Positions 36,469-48,547 of a stretch of 64,000 nucleotides of DNA are shown here, in pieces. The DNA lies in IMG/VR virus record IMGVR_UViG_3300031963_011573, positions 1-64,000 of that record; one strand, given 5' to 3'. The notes beneath the pieces were generated by a model. It saw only the letters and a list, made by a program, of their open reading frames with translations, was not told the DNA's origin and did not search any database. The translations under genes and the position numbers were made by a program. How positions within the stretch are numbered: position 1 is the stretch's first letter; each line of letters opens with the position of its first letter. Origin of the DNA: a virus.

Positions 36469-38313
36469 ATGGCTAATACAAATAGAGATATAAAATATAT
36501 TAATCGTGATTTTTCTGATTTTAGACAACGATTAATAGAATATTCTAAAACATATTTTCCTAACACATATAACGATTTTTCCCCTGCATCACCTGGTATG
36601 ATGTTTATAGAACAATCAGCATATGTTGGAGATGTTTTAAGCTTCTATTTAGATAACCAATTACAAGAAACCTTTACTCAATATGCTCAACAAACAAATA
36701 ATATTTATGAATTAGCTTACATGTTTGGGTATAAACCAAAAGTTTCCACAGCAGCCCAAGTCACTTTAGATTTTTACCAACAATTACCAGCTAAAACAAT
36801 AAGTGGAGAAGTAGTACCTGATTTTGATTATGCTTTAACAATTGGGGAAAATACAACTATAACTTCCCAAACAGGTGCTTCTTTTATCATACAAGATAAA
36901 ATTGATTTTTCAGTTTCTAGTTCCCAAGACCCTACAGAAATTTCAGTCTACCAAATTTCAGGAAATACACCTCAATATTTTCTTTTAAAGAAAAGTAGAA
37001 ATACAATCTCTTCTACTATTAACACAACTTCATTTAATTTCACTGATCCTATTCCTTTCCAAACAATAAACATTACAGCGAATAATTTTATCAAAATTTT
37101 AGATATTATAGATTCTGATGGAAATATATGGTATGAAGTAGATAATTTAGGACAAGAAATGGTTTTAGATAGTATAAAAAATACTAATATAAATGATCCT
37201 AATGCAGGTACAGATGCTCCATATTTATTAAGACTTAAAAAAGCCCAACGTAGATTTGCTTCTCGTATATTATCAAATTCAACCATCCAACTCCAATTTG
37301 GAGCCGGCTCTCCAAATAATATTGATGAGGAAATAGTACCAAATGCTAATAATGTTGGAATTGGGTTACCTTTCATACAAGACAAACTAACAACAGCATA
37401 CTCCCCAGTAAATTTTTTATTTACTGGAACTTATGGTATATCCCCATCAAATACAACATTAAATGTTAGATATTTAACAGGTGGGGGAGTTTCATCTAAT
37501 GTAAATTCAAATACTTTAACAACAGTATCTCCAACTAATGTCAAATTTAATAATACTAATTTAAACCCAACAATTGCTAATTATATATTTAATTCATTAT
37601 CCTCAAATAACCCATTAGCTGCCTCAGGAGGTAAAGGAGGAGATACTTTAGAGGAAATCCGTCAAAATTCTTTAGCCCTTATAGCATCCCAAAAACGTTC
37701 AGTTACAGCAGATGATTATTTAATTAGAGCATTAAGTATGCCTTCACAATATGGGGCTGTATCTAAAGCATATATTGAACAACCAAAATTAACAGATAAT
37801 CAAGTTTCTACTATTGAAACTTTAAATTTATATATTTTAACCCAAAATTCTAGTGGTCAACTAGATTATGCTGGTGATGCTTTAAAAAATAATTTAAGAA
37901 CATATCTTTCCCAATATAGAATGATAGGGGATAATATTGAAATTAGGGATGCATTTATTATTAATATAGGTGTAAATTTTGAAATCACAGTATTACCAAA
38001 TTACAATAACAGTGAAGTTTTATTAGCTTGTATTTCTACTTTACAAAACTATTTTGATACAAATAAATGGCAATTAAACCAACCTATATTATTAAAAGAC
38101 TTATATATTTTACTAGACAAAACCCCAGGAATTCAAACAGTAAAAAATGTTTCTATAACAAATAAAGCAGGAACCTCCTCAGGATACTCCCAATATACCT
38201 ATGATATAGCAGGTGCAACTCAAAATCAAGTAATTTATCCTTCACTAGACCCTAGTATTTTTGAAGTAAGATACCCAAATTCTGATATAAAAGGTAAAGT
38301 AGTTCCTTTATAA
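36469..38313 (+). CDS. baseplate wedge protein gp6/J-like
   Basis: DFSDFRQ.L, YNDF..ASPG, GYKP, GG...DTLEEIR, RSVTADDY. Confidence 0.88.
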   Translation: MANTNRDIKYINRDFSDFRQRLIEYSKTYFPNTYNDFSPASPGMMFIEQSAYVGDVLSFYLDNQLQETFTQYAQQTNNIYELAYMFGYKPKVSTAAQVTLDFYQQLPAKTISGEVVPDFDYALTIGENTTITSQTGASFIIQDKIDFSVSSSQDPTEISVYQISGNTPQYFLLKKSRNTISSTINTTSFNFTDPIPFQTINITANNFIKILDIIDSDGNIWYEVDNLGQEMVLDSIKNTNINDPNAGTDAPYLLRLKKAQRRFASRILSNSTIQLQFGAGSPNNIDEEIVPNANNVGIGLPFIQDKLTTAYSPVNFLFTGTYGISPSNTTLNVRYLTGGGVSSNVNSNTLTTVSPTNVKFNNTNLNPTIANYIFNSLSSNNPLAASGGKGGDTLEEIRQNSLALIASQKRSVTADDYLIRALSMPSQYGAVSKAYIEQPKLTDNQVSTIETLNLYILTQNSSGQLDYAGDALKNNLRTYLSQYRMIGDNIEIRDAFIINIGVNFEITVLPNYNNSEVLLACISTLQNYFDTNKWQLNQPILLKDLYILLDKTPGIQTVKNVSITNKAGTSSGYSQYTYDIAGATQNQVIYPSLDPSIFEVRYPNSDIKGKVVPL

Positions 38314-38340
38314 TTGCATATTTATAATAAAACATTATAA

Positions 38341-39459
38341 ATGGCTGTTTATAAAATTTTCCCCTTACAGGATACTACTTTATATTCTAATCATCCTGTA
38401 ATGAACACAGGACTAGATGCAATATGTGAAATATTTAATATTTTAGGTATTGATGGTAATCCTGGAGTAGCAAGATATTTAACCCAATTTGACCAGGAAG
38501 AAATCAATGATGTTATAGATAATAAAATTAATGGGGCTGAATATAGCGTATATTTAAGAAATTTTATTGCTACCGCTCAAGGAATAAATTCAACAACTGC
38601 TTTTGAAGTATACCCTATAGCTCAACAATGGAATAATGGAACAGGTCATTATTTAGATTCTCCCCAAATAACAGATGGAGCTTCTTGGAAATTTTCAAAC
38701 TATTCAGGATCAGGTTTTTGGAGTTTAAGTGGTTCATATAATGGATATTCTTATACAGGTTCATATGACCCTTTTAATTCTGAACCTGGTGGAGGAAATT
38801 GGTTTAATGACCCATCTTTTCAAATTACCCAATCATATTCATTACGTGAAGTAAAAGACTTTGATTTAAACACCAGTAATATTGTTGATGCTTGGTACTC
38901 TTCTTCTATTCCTAACTATGGGTTTATAATTAAATTATCAAGCTCATTTGAATTTTCTCCTAGTCAATATGTACAGCCTATCTTAAAATATTATAGTGTT
39001 GATACAAACACAATTTACCCTCCAACACTTGAATTTAGATGGAATGATTATACCTCATCAATAACTCCTTCTTCCCCAATTATAGATACAATTGATGTTA
39101 AAATGTCTTTAGATGGAAATACTGGTGTTTTTTATCCTGACAGTGTAAACAGATTTTATATTAATGTAAGTCCTTTATACCCTACTAGAGTATATCAAAC
39201 ATCGTCATTGTATACTAATTTAAATTATTTACCAACTTCTTCATATTACGCTATAAAGGATTTGGATACTAATGAATTTGTTATTAACTTTGACGAAACA
39301 TATACTAAAATAAGTTCTGATAGTAAAGGAAATTATTTTGATATTTACATGAGTGGCTTAGAACCTGAAAGATACTATAAAATTTTAATTAAAACTGTAA
39401 TTAATGGTTCTACTTTAGTATTTGATGACAATTACTATTTTAAAGTTATTAATGAATGA
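38341..39459 (+). CDS. virion structural protein
   Basis: DTTLYS...W..GTG...NYGFIIK...PTLEFRW; context. Confidence 0.65.
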   Translation: MAVYKIFPLQDTTLYSNHPVMNTGLDAICEIFNILGIDGNPGVARYLTQFDQEEINDVIDNKINGAEYSVYLRNFIATAQGINSTTAFEVYPIAQQWNNGTGHYLDSPQITDGASWKFSNYSGSGFWSLSGSYNGYSYTGSYDPFNSEPGGGNWFNDPSFQITQSYSLREVKDFDLNTSNIVDAWYSSSIPNYGFIIKLSSSFEFSPSQYVQPILKYYSVDTNTIYPPTLEFRWNDYTSSITPSSPIIDTIDVKMSLDGNTGVFYPDSVNRFYINVSPLYPTRVYQTSSLYTNLNYLPTSSYYAIKDLDTNEFVINFDETYTKISSDSKGNYFDIYMSGLEPERYYKILIKTVINGSTLVFDDNYYFKVINE

Positions 39460-39818
39460 ATGAAAATATAAAATTTCAAAAGCAGGTATTTAATAAGGGG
39501 GATTATTCTAAAATAATAGATACTTCTTTTAAACAACTTGGTGTTCAAACAATTCAACAACAAATTGAAGAACAACCAACTGTTGAAGATTTTTTTAATA
39601 TGTACAATGATTTATTTTACGATATACCTGAAACAGGAGAAATAAATTCACATGAATTTCTAATCAAAAAAAGTAGTGAATATATTAATTTTGACCCAAA
39701 CCAGGAAGAAATAGAAGCATTACAAGCTGAAATAGCTCAATTAAGAACAGATTTACTTGATTCACAAAAACAAGTAATAGAATTACAAACAGGAACAACA
39801 TTAGCTAACCCACAATAA
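39456..39818 (+). CDS. structural-module hypothetical protein
   Basis: Translationally coupled. Confidence 0.75.
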   Translation: MNENIKFQKQVFNKGDYSKIIDTSFKQLGVQTIQQQIEEQPTVEDFFNMYNDLFYDIPETGEINSHEFLIKKSSEYINFDPNQEEIEALQAEIAQLRTDLLDSQKQVIELQTGTTLANPQ

Positions 39819-42800
39819 TGGCAGCAGAAATTATTCAAATTGATACCCAAACCTTTACTTCACAAACATATGAAGGACAAGATACAAACTTGATCCCTAC
39901 ATTTGAAGTTCCTACTAATCTTTCAGAAAATAGTTATATTGAATATTTTACATATGACAATAATCAAAATATACTAACTTCTGACTACAATTTTACCCAA
40001 TATACAATTCAAAATGATGGTCAATCCGCTGGTAATGAAGGAAATATATCTCAAATAATAGTAGATCCTGAACAAGTTTTAGTAAATAATGGATTTGATC
40101 AAGGAGAATATATTACATATTTTAATTTTTTCAACAAACAAGTAGGTTCTAATCTAGAACAACTTTATATCTCAGAAATATCTTCTGATAGAACAGAAAT
40201 TCGTTTAGATAGTACTGTTCTTTCCAATCCTGATATTGTAGAGCAAACTACAAAATTCATTAGTGAACGAGAAAACAGTGAGTATTTTTTAGATTTTTAT
40301 TTAAACTTTGGTGACAACCAACTTATCATATCAAATAATGTTGTTTTAGATAATCAAGACCCAACTAATCCAACAGTATTAATTAAACTATATGAACCAT
40401 TACCTGAAGAATTTGATATAAATTCTACATTATGGGTAGTATCTCTTGTTGAAGAACCGAGAGCATATCAAGTTACTTTTGAGGAAGAACCTATTATTTT
40501 TGTAGATACCGTTAATATTAGTGGACCTAATTTTAATTTAGATATAAAAGATCAAGTAAATAATTCAACTTTAGAATTATCATATATTGATTTAATTACT
40601 ACATCTTTAACAAGTTCTCAAAACCAATTAAATAGTTTATTAGAGGAAAAAGAAATAGATATAAACGTAGACTATACAGATTTTTCTAATTTTGTACATT
40701 TTAGTTCAGCACAAACACGTTTAGAGAATTTTTACTATAAAACCCAATTAATAGAACAATACTCTTCATCTATTGCTGTATTAAATAATACTGTTAATTC
40801 CCCATTAAATGTTAGTAGTAGTGCTGCTGTATATGAAAGTAAAATAAGTGAAATCATAACCAATTTTGATGGTTATGAATATTTCTTATACTATGAAAAT
40901 AACCCATATACTTGGCCTAAAACTAATAATCAAAAACCATATACTTTAGAAAAATCAGATAGTACAATTGTTTTATCTTGGATTGGAAGCACAAATGAAT
41001 ATAGTCCATATTATGGAGGTTTAATTTTATCTGCCTCGTTATACGATAATAACAATAAAGATAACCTTTTATTTACAATCCCTGAATATCTAAGAGACGA
41101 TCCTGAAAACAACCAATATGAATTATTTGTTCAAATGGTTGCTCAACATTATGATAATATTTGGATATATTATAAAGAGGTAACCCAAAAATATAATGCT
41201 GATAACCGTTTAGAATACGGTATTTCAAAAGATATAGTAGCGGATGCTATTCGTGATTTTGGAGTTAAATTATACCAAAACAATTTTTCAAATGATGATT
41301 TATACACCGCATTCTTAGGTATCACACCAGAAGGTGGTTTATTCCCTTTCCCAAATATAACAGGATCTTTACCTACCCCTCCAGGATTTGAATACATAAA
41401 CACTTTAATTTCAGCATCAAACGATTATATGCCGTTAGATGATGTAAATAAATCGTTATATAAACGCATTTACCATAATTTACCATACCTGCTTAAATCA
41501 AAAGGTACTTTACCTGGTTTACGTGCTTTAATTACTTCATACGGTATTCCTGATACTATTTTAAGAATTAATGAATTTGGAGGGAAAGATAAAATAAACG
41601 TAAACGATTGGGATTCATGGCAAAATGAATTTAACTATGCATTTAATACTTCAGGAAGTAATTTTATATCTTCATCATGGGAGTTAAATCCTACTTGGAA
41701 TGCTCCAAATAATGTTCCTTCAACATTGATGTTTAGATTTAAAACAGATGGTCTTCCTTCAAACAATATTCTATACTCTCAAAGTTTATGGTATGGTGAT
41801 GGAGGAAGTGCTTTAGTATTAAAATACACAGGGTCAGCATATGTAAGTGAATCATATTCTGGTTCAATAATTGACCCGTATTACCAATATGCTAATGTAA
41901 TATTTTACCCTGATGTAAATAATTCTACCCAAACAGCAAGTGTTTATTTACCATTTTATAATGGTGGATGGTGGTCTGTAATGGTTACTAAAAATTCAAA
42001 TACTTATACATTACATTCACAAAATAAAATATATGAGGGAGGGGATAATGGAACTCTTTTAGGTTTTAAAGCATCTAGTTCTATAACATATGCTTCTAGT
42101 GCTTGGACTAATACTTCTACAAGTTATTTCCCTGTTAGTTTCTCTATTTCAGGTACCATAGGATATGATATATCAGCATATGATGTTGGAGTATATGATG
42201 AGGTAGGAAATTTAGCAGGATCATTTATACCATTTGTTGGAGCTTACCAAGAAATTAGATATTATACAGTCCCAATAAGTGAAAGTGTATTCATAGACTA
42301 TACAATGAACCCACATTCAGTTGAGGGAAATTCATTAAATAGCTCTCCAGATGAATTAGCTTTTAGAGCCTCAATTGGAGGAGAACAATACACAGCTTCA
42401 ATTTCTATACATCCTAAAGTAACTGGATCTTGGCAAACAACTCATTCATTTGCCTCTGATAGTAATTTTTACTATGATACTTCACCTAATTTTATACCAA
42501 ATGTTGAATATACTTTTGCTGATCAACCTATAGCAGGTATTAAAAATATTGTAAATGATAAAATTAGAGTAGAAAATAATGTATTACCTGAGGGAGATAC
42601 TTTATCTCAATATAGATCACTTTCTCAACAAGCTAATATATCCCAAAGTTATACCCCAAGTATTAACTATTTAGAGGTAGCATTTTCACCACAAAATGAA
42701 ATTAATGAAGATATAGTTGATCAACTTGGATATTTTAACATAGGAGAATTTATTGGAGACCCTAGATTAAGATCATCATCAGCTGAGTCATACCCTGCGT

Positions 42801-45769
42801 TAGATCAATTAAGGAATGAGTATTTCACCAAATACGTCAAAAATTATAACTTAAAAGATTTTATACGTTTAATTAAGTTTTTTGACAACTCATTATTTAA
42901 AATGATTAGAGATTTTGTACCCGCACGTACAAGTCTTGCCTCTGGTATTGTTATCAAACAACATTTACTTGAAAGAAACAAATACCCACAACCTCAAATG
43001 TCTTGGGAAAACTTAGATATTTCTGGAACTTTAAAACCAACATGGAATGGGTATGAACCTGGAACAGTAGAAAATTTTGAAGGTGGAACAGGAGGTTCTT
43101 TTGAACCATTTAATCTAGCAACTAATGTATCTCAAAGTTGGTATGAAACTATTCAAACCCTTTCAGGCTCAGTAAATATATTACACAATTCACAAGATGA
43201 GTTTTATAATGGAGAATTTAGTGGCTCAACTATTTTAATTTCTGATGGGATTGTAAATGAAGCTTATCCTATAGAAAATAAAGCATTTGATTACAAACAA
43301 ATATACTATTATGGGACTTCATCTAAAGAAAGTTCTGTATTTGAAGATAATTTTTTAAACCCTAATACCTCCCCAGAGGATGGAGAAATATTGTTTTTTA
43401 GTCAAGTTAAAAGAGTAAAAGTTTCTTTAATTTTCATTAATGTTTATACTTTTAAATATTTAAAAATTGCTAAAACTGATTGTAATGGAAATAATAATGA
43501 TGTTCCGTTAAGTCAAACAAAGAAAATTTTAGTTAATACTCCACTTTCAACAGGAACTTTTGTTATAGAATATGATGTTACACTTATAGGTGAAAGTGGT
43601 AATTATTACTTATATGAAATAAGTTCTGCTAAAAAACAAGGAATCTTTACACCTTATAGTCCTTTTGGTTTCCCAAACCAAGTATTAGATTATTACGTAT
43701 CTGCTTCAAAAACCACCACAGACCCATTTTCCTCACAACCCATTAGAGTAACTAGTTGGCAATCTGAATCAGGAGATGTTCTTGGATATTTCAACCCAAT
43801 TTCAGGAATATATAATTTACAAAATACCCCCAACACACCTCTTATAATTTCAGCATCATTTAATGTATCCCAATCAGGTGCAGGAAGTGCTGGTACATGT
43901 TCTATTTCATTTTTTGATAGTATTGCTAATAAAGTATCAACCAATTTAGCTTCAGTAACTTTCCCATCAACTTTTACTGGAACAAAAACAGTATCAACTA
44001 CCTACTATGGAGTAGAAGGAGAAAATATTTGTCTTTCAATTAAAGGAGGAACCAATGTTAAATTAACTGGTTCAAATTTACTTATCACCCAAAGTAGAGC
44101 AGTAAGTTCCTCAAATTGTGAAAGTTTAATTCTTGAACCTTACATTTCTCTTCCGAATTTTTATAATAGCGATGAAAATGCTTTAATTAATAGTGTTGAT
44201 GGATTAAGAGATAGCTCTTATTATATGGATGTTGATTACACATCAGGTATAACAACCCCAGTTAATTTTAATCAATTAATAGATGGAAGTGCTACTAGAG
44301 CAAAAGTACAAGATTCGAATTATACAACTAAACGCCATATCCTTCCTAGATATGAAGGTTCAAGATCAACTTCCCAATTTTTAAACAAATGGTCCTTTAA
44401 TGATGTTGGTACTTTTGGTAAATTACCAACAATTGAAAATGTAAGTTCATTTGTTGCTTATGCTCCTAGTATTGGAGGATGGCCTCCTGAACGTATGAAT
44501 GCATCTGCTATATTTATAAAATATTTAATTGACCAAAACGGAGATGTTTTAATCCCCAATACATCTGAAAATTCACTATCAATTACTCAACAAAATTTTA
44601 GATCAGGAGATAAAGTAAGAATCACAGTTCCATCTCAAGGAAGTGGAGAAGTATCTAATTTAAGAACAATAATTAGAGGGGGTACTCGTATTGAACCTAT
44701 TTTATATACTCAATTTGGAAGTACTCCAAATGCACAATGGAATACAACAATAAATTTTGAAGATATTATTCCTTCTGATGCTGGAGTTGTAGGAAACTAC
44801 ACAGCCTTATTTAAAAAAACCAATATCCAATTCCCCATCCCTCAGAATGGTACAACTTTAATTATTTTTCAACAATCAATTTATGGAAATTCCTATTATA
44901 ATACTAATGGGTATCAAATACCTTCTTCAGCTATTATTGATGGAGTTAATTTAATATTTGAAGCCCAAGTTAAAATAGATGGTGATTTTATTGGTTTTGG
45001 TACTTACGTTGTTCAAATATTTAATTCTACTACAGGAAAGGTATTAGGTGAAGTTTCCAATAAAAATAATCCTGCTTATTCATCTCCAAATTTTAACGGA
45101 ATTTTTTATGTATCTGCAACTTTAAATAACTCCCAACTTCAAACTAATGATATTATAAAAGTTCAACTTAAAACTAGTACTGTTAATCCTTTAACTTTAA
45201 TCCAAAGTAATTCCACCTCCTTTAAAATCACTCAATACCCAGCCTATACAACCCCAATAACATCTTCAGGGGTTAATTCAATTTGGGGATATGCAGATAC
45301 AACAAATTATCCATATGTTATAACATCTTCTAATTCAACTTTAGTTGAGTTATATGACTCAAATGTTAAACAATCCAATATATCAGGATCAGGATTTAAT
45401 CCTATATCTTTACCTTGGTCTATAAAATATGGGGATGAATTTAGATTTGAGGGAAGAGAAGACTTTACATTTATTGTAGGACAAGTATTCAACCCTGCTG
45501 AAAGTGGCTCAGGACGTTTATTTGAAACAGGATCTATTGAAGTCCATTTTAGTACTAATCTCCCAGTAAGTGCTAGTTCCTCGATATTTAATTTAGACCA
45601 TTTTTTAATTAGAAGATATGTTGATGATGCTTCACAAATTTTAATTGAAGGATTCAAACCAGTAAACACAAATGGACCATACATTATAACCCCAGAATAT
45701 GTAACTGATTCATTAAACAAAAACGCTGATACATTTATTACGGATCTTACCGAAAGAGGTTTGCTCTAG
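39818..45769 (+). CDS. large baseplate/tail structural protein (1983 aa)
   Basis: IPEYL, LLKSKGT..GLRALI..YGIP and FVPAR motifs typical of baseplate wedge proteins; context. Confidence 0.7.
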   Translation: MAAEIIQIDTQTFTSQTYEGQDTNLIPTFEVPTNLSENSYIEYFTYDNNQNILTSDYNFTQYTIQNDGQSAGNEGNISQIIVDPEQVLVNNGFDQGEYITYFNFFNKQVGSNLEQLYISEISSDRTEIRLDSTVLSNPDIVEQTTKFISERENSEYFLDFYLNFGDNQLIISNNVVLDNQDPTNPTVLIKLYEPLPEEFDINSTLWVVSLVEEPRAYQVTFEEEPIIFVDTVNISGPNFNLDIKDQVNNSTLELSYIDLITTSLTSSQNQLNSLLEEKEIDINVDYTDFSNFVHFSSAQTRLENFYYKTQLIEQYSSSIAVLNNTVNSPLNVSSSAAVYESKISEIITNFDGYEYFLYYENNPYTWPKTNNQKPYTLEKSDSTIVLSWIGSTNEYSPYYGGLILSASLYDNNNKDNLLFTIPEYLRDDPENNQYELFVQMVAQHYDNIWIYYKEVTQKYNADNRLEYGISKDIVADAIRDFGVKLYQNNFSNDDLYTAFLGITPEGGLFPFPNITGSLPTPPGFEYINTLISASNDYMPLDDVNKSLYKRIYHNLPYLLKSKGTLPGLRALITSYGIPDTILRINEFGGKDKINVNDWDSWQNEFNYAFNTSGSNFISSSWELNPTWNAPNNVPSTLMFRFKTDGLPSNNILYSQSLWYGDGGSALVLKYTGSAYVSESYSGSIIDPYYQYANVIFYPDVNNSTQTASVYLPFYNGGWWSVMVTKNSNTYTLHSQNKIYEGGDNGTLLGFKASSSITYASSAWTNTSTSYFPVSFSISGTIGYDISAYDVGVYDEVGNLAGSFIPFVGAYQEIRYYTVPISESVFIDYTMNPHSVEGNSLNSSPDELAFRASIGGEQYTASISIHPKVTGSWQTTHSFASDSNFYYDTSPNFIPNVEYTFADQPIAGIKNIVNDKIRVENNVLPEGDTLSQYRSLSQQANISQSYTPSINYLEVAFSPQNEINEDIVDQLGYFNIGEFIGDPRLRSSSAESYPALDQLRNEYFTKYVKNYNLKDFIRLIKFFDNSLFKMIRDFVPARTSLASGIVIKQHLLERNKYPQPQMSWENLDISGTLKPTWNGYEPGTVENFEGGTGGSFEPFNLATNVSQSWYETIQTLSGSVNILHNSQDEFYNGEFSGSTILISDGIVNEAYPIENKAFDYKQIYYYGTSSKESSVFEDNFLNPNTSPEDGEILFFSQVKRVKVSLIFINVYTFKYLKIAKTDCNGNNNDVPLSQTKKILVNTPLSTGTFVIEYDVTLIGESGNYYLYEISSAKKQGIFTPYSPFGFPNQVLDYYVSASKTTTDPFSSQPIRVTSWQSESGDVLGYFNPISGIYNLQNTPNTPLIISASFNVSQSGAGSAGTCSISFFDSIANKVSTNLASVTFPSTFTGTKTVSTTYYGVEGENICLSIKGGTNVKLTGSNLLITQSRAVSSSNCESLILEPYISLPNFYNSDENALINSVDGLRDSSYYMDVDYTSGITTPVNFNQLIDGSATRAKVQDSNYTTKRHILPRYEGSRSTSQFLNKWSFNDVGTFGKLPTIENVSSFVAYAPSIGGWPPERMNASAIFIKYLIDQNGDVLIPNTSENSLSITQQNFRSGDKVRITVPSQGSGEVSNLRTIIRGGTRIEPILYTQFGSTPNAQWNTTINFEDIIPSDAGVVGNYTALFKKTNIQFPIPQNGTTLIIFQQSIYGNSYYNTNGYQIPSSAIIDGVNLIFEAQVKIDGDFIGFGTYVVQIFNSTTGKVLGEVSNKNNPAYSSPNFNGIFYVSATLNNSQLQTNDIIKVQLKTSTVNPLTLIQSNSTSFKITQYPAYTTPITSSGVNSIWGYADTTNYPYVITSSNSTLVELYDSNVKQSNISGSGFNPISLPWSIKYGDEFRFEGREDFTFIVGQVFNPAESGSGRLFETGSIEVHFSTNLPVSASSSIFNLDHFLIRRYVDDASQILIEGFKPVNTNGPYIITPEYVTDSLNKNADTFITDLTERGLL

Positions 45770-45809
45770 CAATATTTATTAGTATAATACATTTATATAA
45801 TATAAAACA

Positions 45810-46469
45810 ATGGGATATTTAAACAATACAGTCGTTACAATTGACGCTATACTAACAACAAAAGGTAGAGAACTTTTAGCTAAAAATGATGGTTCTTTTA
45901 GAATTACACAATTTTCATTAGCAGATGACGAGATAGATTATACCTTATATAATCCAAACCACCCATCAGGTTCTTCATTTTATGGAGAAGCAATTGAGAA
46001 CATGCCTTTACTTGAGGCATTTCCTCTTGAAACTCAAATCATGAAATACAAGTTAGCTACTTTACCTCGTGGAACCGCTAAACTACCTGTACTTGATTTA
46101 GGTTATTCTGCTATTACTTTAGTTCAAGGAGCTTCACTTGCAATTACTCCACAAACATTGAATTATTTAGGAAATAACCAAACATATGAAACAAGTGGAT
46201 ATTCAGCTACAATTTCAGATGTTAGATTAATGAGCACATTTACTGGAATAGGAATCAACACACCATCAGCTCAATCAGCTAATACTCAAACAACTACATT
46301 AGGTACTAATGTTTCTACAACAGTAATAGGTTCTCAAATCAACTTAAGAGCAACCACAGTAAATACATTATTTGGAACAAACACTCAACTTTCAGCTACA
46401 TTAACTGTTGTAGGTTTAGACAGTGGAGCTAGATTAACTATTCCTATTACAATCAACAAAACCCAATAA
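45810..46469 (+). CDS. virion structural protein
   Basis: DAILTTKGRELLA...ITQFSLADDEIDY; late motif upstream. Confidence 0.7.
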   Translation: MGYLNNTVVTIDAILTTKGRELLAKNDGSFRITQFSLADDEIDYTLYNPNHPSGSSFYGEAIENMPLLEAFPLETQIMKYKLATLPRGTAKLPVLDLGYSAITLVQGASLAITPQTLNYLGNNQTYETSGYSATISDVRLMSTFTGIGINTPSAQSANTQTTTLGTNVSTTVIGSQINLRATTVNTLFGTNTQLSATLTVVGLDSGARLTIPITINKTQ

Positions 46470-46480
46470 AATAATAAACA

Positions 46481-47491
46481 ATGTCATTTAAAAGATTTGA
46501 TCCCGAAGACTTTTTAGTAAGCAGTGATTCAATTACCTCTACATTATGGTCAAACGGAGTCCCAACATTATCAACATTTTTTACTAGTTCCCTTCAACAA
46601 GCTAGTTCTGCTGGAAATTATTATGCAAGTGTTTATAATACTTCCTCAAACGAACAAGAAATTCAATTTGATATAGTATATTGTGATTCTCAAGGGAGTG
46701 GTAGTACATGGTTTAATCAAATTGTAGATTTTGCTTCCCCAACAAAAACAATGTATGGTCAATATCGTGCATTGATTTTAGAAGATGAGAATGCAAATTT
46801 CATATTTGGGAAAGGAAATAACGTTATAACAGGCTCGTATTTTTGGGTATTATCTATAGAACGTGCACGATATAAACAATCATTGTTTCCTGGGTCTTTA
46901 AATTTAACTCTTTTGGGCCCAAACAGTGAGATCATTAATTTAACAGATGACTCCCAAGACAACCCAGTAAATACATTTATTGGATCCTCTCGTGTTTACC
47001 AATTAATTTCAGGATCAAATGGAACAGCAGGATCTTTACTAAACAGTGGATATGTACCCGGATCAGGATCATATGGTTTAGTATTCCCTGATTTAGGAAC
47101 TATTATATTAAACCCATTTGCATTATCTCAATCACTTGAACTTTTTCCAAGCCGCTCAAACAATTCAGATGGAGGAAATAATGGAAGATTATTTACAGCT
47201 ATTAGTGGAGGAGCTTCATTTGCTTTAAACTCAGAAGAAACAATCACCTCAGATTATGTATTTGTTAGAGCAAGAAACAGTGAATTTAACTACTCAGAAA
47301 ATCCTTCATTTATTTCTGGTTCTACTGGTGAGGTAATTTACGATAATTTTATAAATGCCCCTCAAACATACATCACAACTGTGGGAATGTATAATGATTC
47401 AAATGAACTCTTAGCAGTAGCTAAATTATCTAGACCATTATTGAAAGATTTTACAAAAGAAGCATTGATTAGAGTAAAACTTGATTTTTAA
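46481..47491 (+). CDS. virion structural protein
   Basis: C-terminal ITTVGMYND.NELLAVAKLSRP. Confidence 0.7.
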   Translation: MSFKRFDPEDFLVSSDSITSTLWSNGVPTLSTFFTSSLQQASSAGNYYASVYNTSSNEQEIQFDIVYCDSQGSGSTWFNQIVDFASPTKTMYGQYRALILEDENANFIFGKGNNVITGSYFWVLSIERARYKQSLFPGSLNLTLLGPNSEIINLTDDSQDNPVNTFIGSSRVYQLISGSNGTAGSLLNSGYVPGSGSYGLVFPDLGTIILNPFALSQSLELFPSRSNNSDGGNNGRLFTAISGGASFALNSEETITSDYVFVRARNSEFNYSENPSFISGSTGEVIYDNFINAPQTYITTVGMYNDSNELLAVAKLSRPLLKDFTKEALIRVKLDF

Positions 47492-47497
47492 GAATGA

Positions 47498-48535
47498 ATG
47501 AGCGTCTACAAACCATTCATAACTTCTGACGTTATTGTCTCACCTTTTAAGGTAAATAAATCATTTACTTTTAAGGGAAATGAACTTACTGGCTCAAACG
47601 TAGAAATTGATAGATATATTGGAAGAAATATTACCTCATCTTTATGGGTTTCTGGTTCATACCCTACAGGACATATTACTACTCAAGATGAAATTCTAGT
47701 ATACCGTTCCATAAAAGAACTATACTATTCCAACTACTTAACAAACCCATCAGGTTCCCCAGCAGGCACTGCCTCATTTAATACAGATGGAACAATTACA
47801 GGACCAGCTTATACTACAAATTACTACAATTATCTTTCAACTACATTACCAACTTATAGATATATTCCTACAGAATCAAACGCTGCTATAGGTGTAATAT
47901 CTATCCCCTCAAATTTATTTGGAGAATACCTTAACCCAGGTACAGTTAGTATTTCAAACGGAAATATCACCATTACAGATGATGGTTTAGGAAATATGAT
48001 TTCCGGTTCCTTAAAATTTGGAGATGTAATTTATGAGCATGGGATTATTACTATAACTAGCACTGGAGTTACTGGTGTTGATGATGGGTATGGTTATATA
48101 ACTTATGGTTCGGGTTTATATGGTGGTGCTACTTTTAATTTTATAAACGGTTTTATAAATGGGAATAACGTAACATGTTCTTTCCAAAGCACAACCACAA
48201 TATATGAAACCCAATACAAATGCACTATCAGACAAAATGAATTTAATTTTTCACAAAACCCAACAATTTTAGGTTTACTTGATCAAGGATACGACATAGA
48301 TTACTATAATGAAGTATTAACCTATGAAGATGATGCTATATATGATGGGTATGATTCACCAACATCAACAACCGATATTTATCCTTGGGCAACAGGTTCA
48401 TATTTTACACCTTATATCACAACAGTAGGATTGTACAATAACAACAAAGAACTTTTAGCAGTAGCTAAACTTGCTCAACCTTTACCAATCTCATCAGTTA
48501 CCGATACTAACATAATAATCAATTTAGATTTATAA
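47498..48535 (+). CDS. virion structural protein, paralogue of 46481
   Basis: Shared EFN.S.NP and ITTVGLYN..KELLAVAKL. Confidence 0.7.
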   Translation: MSVYKPFITSDVIVSPFKVNKSFTFKGNELTGSNVEIDRYIGRNITSSLWVSGSYPTGHITTQDEILVYRSIKELYYSNYLTNPSGSPAGTASFNTDGTITGPAYTTNYYNYLSTTLPTYRYIPTESNAAIGVISIPSNLFGEYLNPGTVSISNGNITITDDGLGNMISGSLKFGDVIYEHGIITITSTGVTGVDDGYGYITYGSGLYGGATFNFINGFINGNNVTCSFQSTTTIYETQYKCTIRQNEFNFSQNPTILGLLDQGYDIDYYNEVLTYEDDAIYDGYDSPTSTTDIYPWATGSYFTPYITTVGLYNNNKELLAVAKLAQPLPISSVTDTNIIINLDL

Positions 48536-48547
48536 TATTTATAACAT